From positions 35,898,001 through 35,962,000 of the forward strand of contig OZ004607.1 in assembly GCA_963924565.1 (NCBI GenBank): a DNA stretch of 64,000 bases, read 5' to 3'. The notes below the pieces were generated by a model. The model did no database searches, had not been told where the DNA came from, and saw nothing but the letters and a program-made list of their open reading frames with translations. Each line of letters starts with the position of its first letter. Positions within the stretch are counted from its first letter, which is position 1. The translations under genes were made by a program, and so were the position numbers. The DNA comes from Ascidiella aspersa (Eukaryota). Shown in pieces: positions 1 to 12,500 of this stretch.

Positions 1-128
1 TGTAGTTTCCATTCATGCAAGATTTCGAATAACCCGACATTTTTAGGCCCGCAAACCTTTAGCCAGCCTTTCAATTCGCCAATCTATTGTTTTTGCTCAC
101 TATTAAAGGTAATTGTATTTCGTTAAAC

Positions 129-448
129 CAGTATTTCGCAACTTCTTTCGGCTTGCGGCACACTACAGTAATTATATATAGTTCGCGACACCCCTGCTCG
201 TATTTTTGCTAAGTGGTTAACTGTAACGTTACAGTAAATGAGATTGAAGCAGCACATTCAGTGTGCAATAAGGTTGAAAAAAACTCTTTGTATTATTGTA
301 ACTTTTATCGTACAAAAAAAAAACAAAAAAATGTATCAAGAAGATTACCATAGAGCAAAAATGAAAATCCTAAAAAAATTGAAATACCTCTCGGCACCCT
401 TGAGCGTTAAAAATGGCACCCTGGAGTACCCCGGTTGAGAAACCCCTG
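129..448 (-). mobile_element. hAT-type MITE (same family as 7204-7499, opposite orientation)
   Basis: Shares cggcacccttgagcgttaaaaatg and ccggttgagaa.cc.ctg; degenerate TSD cgttaaac/gattaaac. Confidence 0.75.
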
Positions 449-1378
449 GATTAAACCAAAACGACACTATTCATAAACGATCAGAATTATTTACCCGACT
501 GAGTATGACGTGTTTCGCATTGTTTAATTATGGTTGCTGCCGAAACTCGCCAATTGATTGAGTCTCAAATCTATTGTTTTTTCGCAGTTCGGCAACAGTT
601 TGCGATCGAAGGCGACCCAGCCACAATCACACAGCGACCGGTTAAAGCGGAAACAGCTAAGTGCGTGGGGTGACTTCCCATTGTTTATCTTTGTGACGTC
701 ACCATACATACAACTGTTCGTAAACGCTTTAACTATACCAGCTACGGTTACTACGGAATAGCGATATAGAGGTTTTTATGTATCATGTGGACTGATAATT
801 TACCAGGGTGTGATTATCAAACACTGCTGGGGGATTTACCAAACGTGCGCTGAAATATGAGGGGAAAAGCTTTAAACTTGCCTGAACAATAGATTCAAAA
901 CCTGTCAAAGGTGACCACATTACCTATAATCTAAATCAAAGAAAAAATCTTGATTTTAAAATGCCCTTAAAGGGCTTTTCGAAAATTAAAGTAATTTTAT
1001 ACTGCGGCTGATGTTGCTTGCCTCGGCCTATTAACAAGTGTCGTTTTTTTATTTTAGATTGGTAAATAATAGATCGAAAGGTTCACATTCCGATTTTTTT
1101 CACCATAGAAAAGTGAAAAATGTGCCCTATATCAATAAATGTTTTACTCTATACATGCCCACACAATCAAAAAAGGTATCTCCCACAGCTTTTTAAAAAT
1201 TATATTTCCCACAGTTTTTTAATCTATTAAAAATTTAATGTTCTAACAAACTTAAACTCCAACGCCTTGCAACAGTAGAGTCATTTAGGCACAGCTAATC
1301 AACTGATCCAAGTAGCAGAGGTGATATCGGCTTCGACTCCAAGTTCTCGTGCCGGTTTATCTTAAGAACTGTGCTTAC

Positions 1379-1490
1379 CTGGCTCCCAGCAGCAAATCAT
1401 CTCCGACGAACTTTGCCTCTTGGATGTCGAGGACTTTTCGTTGTGTTTCTCCCGCCCCTAAGCCACTGAACGTAGCCACGTCCTTGAGAG
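1379..1490 (-). CDS. Semaphorin-like coding exon 2
   Basis: Acceptor ttattttcag, donor AG|gtaagc; 112 nt, open in phase 1, ending LLLGA(R). Confidence 0.78.
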
Positions 1491-2599
1491 CTGAAAATAA
1501 AATAAAAAGTCAACCTTTGCTGTACCGAGACGCACAGGCTCAGATTTCGCAAGCACTAGCCCAAGAGTTCAGGAGGTATGGGGCAATCGCTTTGAGGGTA
1601 CAAACCTTACAATTTTGGCGAGGTCAGTTTACAACCGAAAACCTGATGTAATAGAAGCAAAAACAGATCTCTAATAAGTAGACCTTTTAGTGTCGCGTTT
1701 CTCTAGCGAGAGTCAACCTTCGCTGTAACCAAGACGCACATGACCAGGAGTCGCAAATATTCGGGGTTATGGGGCAATTGCTTTGCGAGTGCAAACCTTT
1801 AATTTTTGCAGAGGTCTGTTGATCCAAACATTTTGTGTAACACCGAGTTTCTTCGGTGGAACTTTTTAAACAACGATATTATTGTTTCAATTCGGTGCAA
1901 AATCAAATCTCGTTTAACTATTTTTTAGCAATCGTGTTTTTCTAGCGTGGCCAACAGCTTTTGCATTAACGTAACGAAGTTATATATACAGGGCTGAAGA
2001 TTCAAGTTAAGGCAACAGAACGAATGATTTAAAGACCTCTATATTGCAAGAATAACATATGATTGTGCTGTACTTGAACAAAACAGTCAGTTAAAAAAGT
2101 GTACGCTGCAATGTATTTCACTATACAGCGTTTGTGTTGTAATGCATTATATAGGCAGTGACAATCCAGTGTGCCCTGAAAATTCTCTAGCGTGTTGCTG
2201 AACTTATGTAGTTTTTAAAATGTACTTTATTCTTATTCAGAAGCACGCAAAAGCACATTAGAATTAAATATAAGCGATAGTGTTATACCTTTACGATTCC
2301 TGATAACATAATGCTTTTTTAATTGGATAGATGTGCCGCAAATTGTTTTTTTTTTTAAACAGTTTTACAACTACTGCACTACATAGCAGTAGTATGTCGG
2401 TGATATATACAGCAAATATTTCAGACACTCGTTGTTTTTTAAGAAACATACAAAGCATCGTAAAGTCGTTCTTACCTGACAGGTCGTTCACAACCAGTCG
2501 CGGCTTCAAGTCGTCATCTATCGCGAAAATCCCACAAAAACAGCAAACAAGCAGCAGCAGCGAAGTCAAGAAGAAGCCAGTGGGTTTCAACAAACCCAT
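1379..2599 (-). CDS. Probable semaphorin, 5' part (coding exons 2476-2599 and 1379-1490; gene continues left of the window)
   Basis: Spliced translation MGLLKPTGFFLTSLLLLVCCFCGIFAIDDDLKPRLVVNDLS|ALKDVATFSGLGAGETQRKVLDIQEAKFVGDDLLLGAR. It has a signal peptide, then PR...F...LLLGAR, resembling the Sema-domain N-terminus (PR...F...L(Y/F)VGAR). Splice phases are compatible. Confidence 0.7.
1507..1820. repeat. Local duplication (about 1507-1627 and 1711-1818)
   Basis: agtcaacctt.gctgta...agacgcaca...tatggggcaat.gctttg occurs twice. Confidence 0.75.
2476..2599 (-). CDS. Semaphorin-like coding exon 1 (signal peptide)
   Basis: ATG at 2599, hydrophobic signal peptide, donor CAG|gtaag at 2476/2475; 124 nt, phase 1. 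Confidence 0.8.
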
Positions 2600-4614
2600 G
2601 CTTAATCCAATCTGGCCTCTTTTAACCGCTTCAGTTCGTCAGCAGTAGTTCACAGCTCCACTATAACATTCCCTATATCCGCGCGTTGGCCTGTTCTGGT
2701 GCTGTAGGTTTGCGCGCAGGATTAAACAGCTCTCCAAACGACGAGAAAGGCCTCCTGAGCGAGAAATAGGAAAGCGTGACGTCATAGGTAACAGTGCAAA
2801 GGTTCCGGTGGCAGCTCGCGTCGCGCCTTTTTAAATTGCGCAGTCGATTTCGCCTAGCGTTTGAAAAAATGCAGCAGCAGTAGCGACGTTGGATAAGTTT
2901 GAAATGCTGCATAAGTTTATATGGTCCGGGTCTACACAGTTGTTTATGGGTTAGGCAAATTTGTACGTACACAATGCTGGTAAAACCTATTCTATTGCGG
3001 TAAGTTTAATCTTTCCTCGAGGTAAATTTGCATATTGGCGACTTAAGTCTATTTTAAGCGCGTTTAATTATTTCATGCAGGAAACTGCCTAAAATCGGGG
3101 GGGGGGGGGGGGGCATTTCAATACCCAAGAAAAGAATCCAGTTTAATCTTTTAACGTTTAGAATCTCCGAAACTATTTGAGATATCCATCTGAAATTTAC
3201 ACACAACTTTCATAGCAACATAATCTGTTTAACAATTTCCACGTTTTAAAAATCAATTAAACGGCTTTCTAAAAGCACCTTTTTCCGTGTAGAGGTTGCC
3301 AAACCAGTCTGGTATTCAGGATAAAAAGTATTCTTGAATAACATTTAGCACTAGGGCGATAACTATTTGACCTAAAAAAATACAAAATTGACCTGATCTA
3401 AAGATACTTTTTTTTACAATATTTTGACCTAACGTTGACAAATTTTGACATTTTTGCCACGTTAAAAAATACTCGCTCTACTTATCTACATTGAAGCTGG
3501 TGTCACCACTTAGATTTACTAAATCAAACCAACTCCCCGATTCAAATGCACTCGCGTAGCATTAAACAAGCAACAAAATGTCATATACTGATTTCAGAAA
3601 CACTATGTAAGCAGTCAAAATCGCCAAAACAACAACAATTGCTTTCGCTGTCTCTCTTCTTGACACAATGCTTACGCGAAAGGATAGCCTCGGCTGGCCT
3701 AACAACAACTCTACTGCCATGTGACTACAGGAAACGACGAAAGCGGGCACGTGTGTAGATGCTAGCTCTTAGACTTACTACATTTCTTTTTGTTTTCGTA
3801 AATTAGATTAGAATTAGAATTGCCAGATGCTTTAAAAACAAAATTGATAAAATGATTACAATTTTAATCATGTACAATCAATTTAATTTAATGTCAATTT
3901 ATTCTCATAAGAATGTGAATGGTTAAGTGTCCATTTTTAACTAGATTAAGACGAACTCAAGTATTTGCGGAACAAATTAATTCAAAGTAAAAATATAACA
4001 ACGAATAGCAGGTAAATTTTCTGCAATCGTTAGCAACCAGCCCAGATCAGATCTTTTATAGTCGTGTCTTAAATCTAAAAGACAACACGTAAATTCCTCG
4101 AATACAAAATTACAAAGTATCACAGAACTAATATCGACAAAGGCGTAAAAGCGGCTGTCCACCCAATAAAATAATCGTATTAAACAGTCGCAAAAAATCT
4201 CATCTGCAAAACAGAAGCAGCTCGATTTTTCACATGTTGCGTGTTGCTCATTGATATGCGTAAAAACTCCAGTTATCTAACCTTTCCAACGAGAAACATA
4301 AATGATGTGTATTAAATTGCTTTAGTGAGAATTTTATGGCAAAGACGGCTAATTAGGTATCTTACAAGTTCCTTGTAGGTTCCGGACTCCAAAGAACATG
4401 CCGATAAAATACCTGTCCTTTACTTCAAGTAACGTAAAGTTAGGCAATATGGGGGCTATCAGACAAACAAATAACTTCCAAAAGCTACACTGCTATCCAA
4501 AATCGGTACAAATACTTATCAATAACAGCACGAGATAGATTCGGCTTTCCAAAAGCACCCGATTTGCTTGCGGTTCATTTTTGGTAAAAGATTAATAGGA
4601 CCTTTGTCGCAAAA

Positions 4615-4920
4615 GGTGCTTCGCTCATTATGCTGAATGCAAATCAAGCCTTACACATTCCCCACTGTAACCTCCAGTTGCAGTACACTCTATGCGCCTG
4701 GATGCAATCAATTTCTACGCCAAGACTTGTCACAGCGAAGCAGCACCTATAGTCCTATTATTTCGCGCTTCGCTCATTATGCTGAATGCAAACTCGAGCG
4801 TAACACATTTCCAACATAACAGTTGCAGGACACTCTCTTCAACTGAATGCAACCAATTTCTTTCTAAGCCAAGACTTTCTAAGCGCGCACTTTGCATGAC
4901 AAAGCAGCACCTATAGTCGT
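4615..4920. repeat. Tandem duplication of about 150 bp
   Basis: gcttcgctcattatgctgaatgcaaa...aagcagcacctatagtc occurs twice. Confidence 0.85.
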
Positions 4921-5336
4921 TCCTACTACTTCCACACACGGTGCTCTACTCCGGCGCCCATCGACCCGCCGCAATGCTGCAGCTGTCACAAAAACACGGG
5001 CCAGCAAAATCAATTATTCAAACGCCGACGGAAAGAGAGACACGCTCCCGGGAACCTGGCAAGTGCGCCAGCCGCCCGGGTCTGTGCTGTAGGTGCCCCT
5101 AACCTGATTAGAAATTGTCACGCATCGGCGCGTCGCCGTGACGTAGTCGGGATTAATTGGGCCTCGCATTGACACGCTTTCTCGCCTGATTGAATGCCGC
5201 TGTAACCAATAACACTGACTATGCAGCCGAAGAAAAATGATTTGGCCGAGAACAATGTTTTGAAACAAAAGCGTTATAAATTGCCTACCTAGTTTTTAGG
5301 GACTTGGTATTTAACGTTTCCCAGTATGCTTTAGTA

Positions 5337-5790
5337 CAAGGATTCCCAACCTTTTTTACACCGTGTCCCCCTTTGGAAATTTTGAGAAATCAATGGTCCC
5401 CTATTTTTTCAATCTTATGACAAAAAAAAGAAACGTCATTTTAATTAAAAAAATTGGTTATACAGTAACCGGTAGCTTGAATGATCGAACATTAAACACT
5501 CTGTGGCTTGCACACTCCTTTGTCATATAGATATGTAAAAAAGTTTAAGATACCTTTTATCATACTTCCTTCTTTCAGCAGGAGTGGCCATTGCACAAAT
5601 TTTTAAATATTAATATTATTAAATCTAAAAGTAAAACAAAGAAAGTAAAGAAGAAGTAGCTTGTTCCTGTACTAGAATTTTTATTAAATTTTCTTTTTTT
5701 TTCTTTTGTTATATGGAGTAGACTTAAAAATGATAAATTAAAAAAATGTTGTTTTTCAAATTTTTATGGCCCTCAGGTTGGGAACCCCTG
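5337..5790. mobile_element. hAT-type MITE
   Basis: TIR caaggattcccaacct / aggttgggaacccctg; TSD ctttagta/cttcagta. Confidence 0.8.
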
Positions 5791-7203
5791 CTTCAGTAGA
5801 TGGTTTTAAACTCCGTGTTTGACTTTTATTGGGCGTTCTCTTTTTTAATTAGTAACCTTAAATACTTATACTCTTAAAAAAAAAGATACATTAGTTAGTT
5901 GTGTCACACTAACACTTTTTTTCTTCATATATTTCCTTTTTATCCATGAGTTGGGTAATTATGAAAGACGGTTTAGCCTTAAGATTAAGTAAACCGGAAA
6001 TTAATTCCATTTTTACATTACCCGGGATGTAAGATCTACTTAAAAGGTTAAAATCGATGTGAAATCTTTCCGACAAGACATTAATCAGGGCACCAGCAGG
6101 GACCAAGTAGCAGTGCTGTAATGACTGAAGTCAACGATTTGACTGCATTCTCCAAAGACATACCTTTAAAATGGATAACGTCTATGGAACAATTGGCTTG
6201 ACTAGCTCTGAAGTTACCTATATTTGAATGATGTTCTCTAAAGTTACCTTTATATAAACAATTTTCTCTAAAACTGGGTTAATTTACCTAGATTTTTACG
6301 CGTGAACCAGTTCGGTATATTTTTTGCGCGTAACAGTTTGCTTGCTTTTTGATATTTTTGAGTTTGCTATGCAAAATATTTGTCAACATAGAAACGAGAT
6401 TTTGTGCGTTTAGCTGCGCTTTCTACAAACTGTGTGTGACCAATCCTGATATATAACAGATTGAAAATGGCCTGTTTAATTGACCAAATGCGGTTTCAAT
6501 TCATGGTACAAAAATGTTTAATGTCTTACTAAATCATTTCAGTCCATATTGATATGCATGCATTTTCAATATTTTTTATTTTATATAAACTGTTGACTAC
6601 ACAATTTAGAACAAGTATTATTATGGTCTATTGCAGTTGGCCTTTTTCCTATTTAGATACATAAGGATTCCTATTTTATATTTATTCTTTTTGAGCCCTG
6701 AGCTGCGATTTTTACAGACTGCGTGGTAACTATATGCTTATCTAACAAATAAATAAATTAACATTTCTGCTCATATGTCCAGATTCTACTACAACAGACA
6801 GACACTAAAGCTTTAATTGAAAATAGCGTTTCTACAGATTGCGTGGTACCAAGTTGGTCTGCTAAATTGACCCTTTTGCTTATGTGTTCAGATTCCACTA
6901 TATACAACAGACAGACACCAACTTCAATTGGAAATTGAAATATTGCAAAATCCGACCAGTGCATGGGTCACGAAGGATGCTGTTTATTACGTAACAAACG
7001 TGGCGGCTTCGAGGGTCCTTGTGGCGAGCGAGAAAAGGTTGTACAGCAGCAAAAAGAAGAATAAAACGAAGCAAACTTATTTCATTGTTTAGGAGAAGGA
7101 AATCGAATCGCTTTTCCGAACTGAGCGGTGAAGGAAATCATTAAGGCCGAAAAACTGATAAAATATATTAAGCTGTTTTGGATAAATAAGTATTTCTTTA
7201 GAA

Positions 7204-7499
7204 CAGTGGTTCTCAACCGGGGTGCCGCGGCACTCTAGGGTATCATTTTTAACGCTCAAGGGTGCCGAGAGATATTTCAAATTTGTAGGATTTAAATGTT
7301 TGCTCTATTGGTAAGCTTCTTGATAGTGGCGAAAATTAAGGGTTTTTTCAACCTTGTTGCACAGTTAATGTGCTGTTTCAATCTCGTTTGTTGTAACGTT
7401 ACGGTTAACCATTCAGCAAAAATACGAGCAATGGTGCCGCGAACTATTTATAATTACTGTATAGGGTGCTGCAAGCTATAAAAAGGTTGGGAACCACTG
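7204..7499 (+). mobile_element. hAT-type MITE
   Basis: TIR cagtggttctcaacc / ggttgggaaccactg; perfect 8-bp TSD ctttagaa. Confidence 0.9.
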
Positions 7500-9405
7500 C
7501 TTTAGAATAACAAAAGCAATTAAGGACAATCGTAATTTACACGAGAAACGTGGTGTTTAATACTAGAAATACTATATACTAGAAAATCCAAAAATACCAA
7601 TAAACGTTTTTCAGCAGTCGGTTATTGGTGTAAAACTGTAAGGGCTTAAAAAGGCGGTTTCCAACCACGACAAGCAACGTCATGTACCGGTGTGTCGGGC
7701 AAAGTAAACTATAAGATCGCAAAAAAATGCACAAAGGAACAAAGGCCAACGAGCAGGAAAAATAAAACAGATTTATTCGTCAAAGCGGTTTTAAGACGTA
7801 TATTATATTTAACAGTTACATATCATGTTGGTGTGATGATGTTGAACAAAACAAACTGTTGCAGTTTCTTAGATTGCAACTAAAATCGCTGTGAAAAAGC
7901 TGGTTGCATTTTTACAGACAATCTTTCGCATTTTGAATGCAGTAAGGTGTTACAGCGCCCGGCTAAAAATTATAAAAAAGACATGATTTAGTAGAAAAAG
8001 CAAAATACTGATAATATGGCAAATAAGAGATCAATTTCGTAAAAAATACGCAATTTCGTTAAAAATAGAAGAAAAACAAATTTAGCAACCGATTTTAGAA
8101 AGTCGTTTTATTTTAAGTATTCAAACTTGGGGCCAAAAAGCGGGAATGACGCGCGACTTGATTGTGAAGAAACAATGCGAACTTTATGACGTCATAGAGA
8201 CGGAAAGGGTACACTTTCTATAACGCGCACACACACAAACACATACATATGTAGCAGTAATAAGAATAAGAACTCAGTACAAGTGCAAACATTACAGCAA
8301 TCCGATTGTACACGAAAGGGTGGTGAGACTGCATTTACAAAAGGGGTGGAAAAAGTTACGTAAGGCGTGAGTGGGCAGGGCAGAAAAGACACGCAAAACT
8401 TTACAAAAAAAAACTTCATCCCCAAAAATCTTTTGTAGCTTTACATTTAAAACTTTGTTGTTTAAAATAGTTTTTACGTTTTCAAATAATTTTTTTGAAA
8501 AATTTAATATTTTTCATTGATATTTTTTGAAATTGAAATGTGAGGTCTCATTTTGGGGTTGACACAAAATGGCTTCCAATTGTCTATGTCCATATGCGGT
8601 TTGGTGAAACGCAAGAAGAACTTGTCGGAATGATGACGTTAAAATGAGGAACACTTGCGAAATTCGGAACTAGCAAAATGACGCCTTTACTGTCCGGGTG
8701 TTAAAAACGATTAAAAAAACTGCCTTTAGATTATGACCGATGGTCATTCGAAAACGACCTTTTTGTTGAATATTTAAGCATATGATTGGGAAGGGGTAAA
8801 ATGCAAAAGCTTTACTCGAAACAGCCTAGACAGCTTGTCATTGCTTTACTTCTACTTTAGAACCGATTTTACTTCGAACGTACGCACTTTGAACGTGAGT
8901 TTAACGCAGCTATGTCGGTTTGAAACGCCACTTCTATGAAGAGCTAAGCCGAAAGAGAAGTAAATATAAAAATATATATATGTCGAATGTTTTTCTACTG
9001 GCCACGATGCACCTGGGAACCTTCCATGGCGCACTATCGTAAGGGGGACACTAAAAGAGCGTTACCTTATAAGCTACATTTTAAGACGATTTTAAATAAA
9101 CTACATTTAAAAATTCTAACGCGACCGTATGCTGTTGTGGGTTGTGAAAACAATAGAAGGGTCCGCTTGTGTATACGCTGCGCAGACAGCGGACAGCATG
9201 GCGAACGAATAAATACATCGAAACAACGACAAACGACAAAAAAAGAAAATCAAAGAAAAACGTCGCCGACAGGTGTCGCTCGCGGTCGCAAAATCGCTCG
9301 GCTTCCTCGCGTCGGAAAAAAGAGCATCCGGGGCCCTGGGCCGGGCCGCTTCGGTTCCGCCGCCTAGTCGGGGCGGCGCGGGTCCGCGGGACTTCCCCGG
9401 CGCCG

Positions 9406-9548
9406 TCACTTCCCAACGCCGGTGGGCCGGAGGGCGGCGGCAGGATCCGAGCAGGTTACACAGCACTTGGATCTGTAGTAGGTATAAGCGCAGAGACGCG
9501 CCCTCAAGATCACGTGACAGTTGCGCAGCTTATCTGTGCAGCCCGGAT
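9406..9548 (-). CDS. THSD4: ADAMTSL last coding exon: PLAC domain and stop
   Basis: Acceptor cttccgcag; PGCTDKLRNCHVILRARLCAYTYYRSKCCVTCSDPAAALRPTGVGK-stop, six-Cys PLAC pattern. Confidence 0.93.
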
Positions 9549-12500
9549 CTGCGGAAGCGACAAAAGAAGGAAAGCGATGATTGGGGAGCAGCAGCATGAG
9601 AGGGAAGAATTTCGTTTGTATGGGTGAGGGGCATAGGCGCCGAACGTGCAGACCGACTCTATAACCGAGGTCATAGAGTCCCCAAACTATGTTTTTTGAT
9701 GTTTTATGTAATTTATTTTCAATTTTTTGTTAGGCTAACGTTTTGGCCATTTCATTGTAAACTTTTTTAGCCTAAATGTGCGAAAATAAAGATATAAAGG
9801 GGAAATGGTTGGCTCAGTGATAACAGGCAACAGCTGTTATCTAAGAGGCCATATTTAATATCTAGTTAATAAGCAATTTTGCAATGTCTAAAAAATAACG
9901 CCCTGGAATTGTAAATGTTCGGCGCCTATGGCGAGGTGGCATCGTTTGAGAAGCACTTGCGGTAAGCAATTTGTATTGTCGTTTTCATTGCGGTACAAGG
10001 GCGGGTTATCGGGGTGCGTGAGAGGACACTGCTAAATAAGTGCGCTATATCTTTGTGCGTGAGTGTGTTTAACGTATGTTTCTATATGTCCGTGGGTTGC
10101 AGCGCACAGAATTTGTTCTAAAGGCATAATGCCATTCAAGATTATCATAAAGCAAGTGAGTTTATGTCGGAATTAAAAGGGCGGAATTTAACACCAAATA
10201 AAAAAATACTTTTCATGTTTGGTTACACTATGCACGTATCTGTAATGTAGCTTGATAATAAATTGCAAAGCCAAAAAGGTCGAGTAGATCGACATCATCT
10301 TGATTAGGACGTTTCGATTATAAGTGATGCTTGTATCATCTTCAGTAAATAAATATCAACTAAAGATGATTCAAGCTCGTATCGAAACGTCTCAATCAAG
10401 ACGATGTCGATCTACTCGACCTTTTTGGCTTTGTAATTCATCATCAAGCTTCTTTTCATTTTGTTATCACACGTCCTTTTGGATCACCAAGCAAGGCACA
10501 AATTAGCGGCACACAGATTGCTGACAATGCGGTCGGATTACGAGCGAATAAGAGGAAACAAAGGTAGCAGTTGAAGCTTTTGCTTGCAAAAAAGCAACTT
10601 GACAAACAATTCTCAGGCGCGATCTCATTTATTTGACAGTAAAGCGCGTATAGGCAGATTTAACTTTGTTTTAAGCTTAAAACTCTATCAAATAGTTGCG
10701 ATAGTGCATCTAAACGCAACAGGCTTCATTTTGGCACTAAAATGTTGGGCCCAATTTTGGGTTTACTGTATAGATTACAGAAGCACTGCACGCACGTTGT
10801 ACGTGATCTGGCTATGGTGTTGGCTTGTCAGCACACCGGCAGAATTAAAGGCGCATCGTAGCAGCAAAAATGACTGTTTTATGCCAAGTGCTGATCAGCA
10901 AGCAAACGCAATATCCTGGCCGCTATGCCACCTCCGCTTTTGTAAGCAATGTACTAAACCCGATGTAATAAACTGCCTCCAGACTGCCTGAAATGCAGCC
11001 AGAAAAGAGAGATCAAGTATTTTGATCACTGTGGGTAGGGCCATATGGGTTTGTCTCAAGGTAAAAGTCGTCTTTTATCTTTTACCAAGGGAAAATCAAA
11101 TAGCACACCCGGGGCTTTGTACATAGCTAAGCAAAGCAGCGGCGGCAGCAACTACGTACAATATAGTGTTTTTATTTCAACAAAAATACGCGTTTTATTA
11201 TATATATTATATCAGTGATATCCGATACAGCGCATTATATTCCGATACCCGATATTTTTGTGCGATAAAAATAAGAGAGACTTGTTACTTTGATCATGTA
11301 ATCGGAATTTGAAAAATTAAAAAGTACAAAGGTAAAGTTTTCCGGGTGATTAGAAAAAAAATTATTTAACTTTAGAAAGCTCAGTTTATCTTCAACTGTG
11401 AACAATATTTCAAAGTAGAAATTTTTGTGTTGGTTTAAAAAACTTGGCTGAAATGAATCAACACAGATCGGTTCCGACAATACCCAACTATCGGACGAGT
11501 ACCGATATTATTACTTGTCGGGTATCGGTCACGATCCAAAAATTATCGGACATCTCTAGTGTTCAGCTTAGCGCAATGCTTTTGAACTTACTGTTGAGCG
11601 AAATGCAGTTTGCTGTGTTGCACCGTTCCGCTCCACGCGGCTTTTCTTCAGCGTCGCACAACGAGCTATACCTTCCTTCCTCGTCCAGACATTGGACATT
11701 GCGAGATCTGGAGCCGCCTCCGCACGAAACAGAACACTGCGTGAAAAAATGAGGTGAATGAGTTACTGTATAATGGCCTACACTGAGCGAATTCCAAGAA
11801 TTTAAAAGAAAAGGTCGTTCTCTGTTGTTAATCATTGGTTAAGCGAGGGAGTACACCAAAATTGAAAAAAGAATCACAGGCAGCGTCAAAATCACGCATT
11901 AACGTGTAATAATAGTGTACAAAGGTGCTCTAACAAATGTAGAGCAGTGCTCAGAGTTCCATGTAACCATATTGTTGCACTGATTTCTTTCATAAAACGG
12001 TGTTTGCTAACTAATTGAAGAAAGCCTCGAAAGACCAAGAACATATAATCGAATAAATGCGACAATGCAAATGTATAAACAAGAATATTGGTATAAAATG
12101 CGGTACTTTATCCGCGCCACTCATGCTATAATAGAAACGCATATTGGCCAAGCCAACAACACAGTATCACCACAAAAACACACAAAAGAACTAAAAAAAA
12201 CTCAGAGCCGGGGTTCGAACCCGCGACCTTGCGCTTACCTCGGTCCACTGAGTGTGGTACCATCGCGATCCGCACGATTGCGTGTTGCAGGGCTGTTCAG
12301 TTGCAAGCTTGGTGTGTTCGTCGCAAGGTACACGTCCGTTCTCTTCCGACTGCATTACGGACGTTACGGATCCGTCAGGCTCGACGCGTACGCAGACGAC
12401 GGAACGTGTTTGACGCCCGGCGCCGCATTTGCTTGAACACTGCAAAGTTGATAAAAGTGTGATTTTTCTGGCTCTTCTTGGCAATACACCGAAGTTAGGT

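Noticed and set aside
8987-9627. Overlapping GC-rich ORFs on both strands
   Set aside because: Explained by the PLAC exon and its GC-rich 3' UTR.
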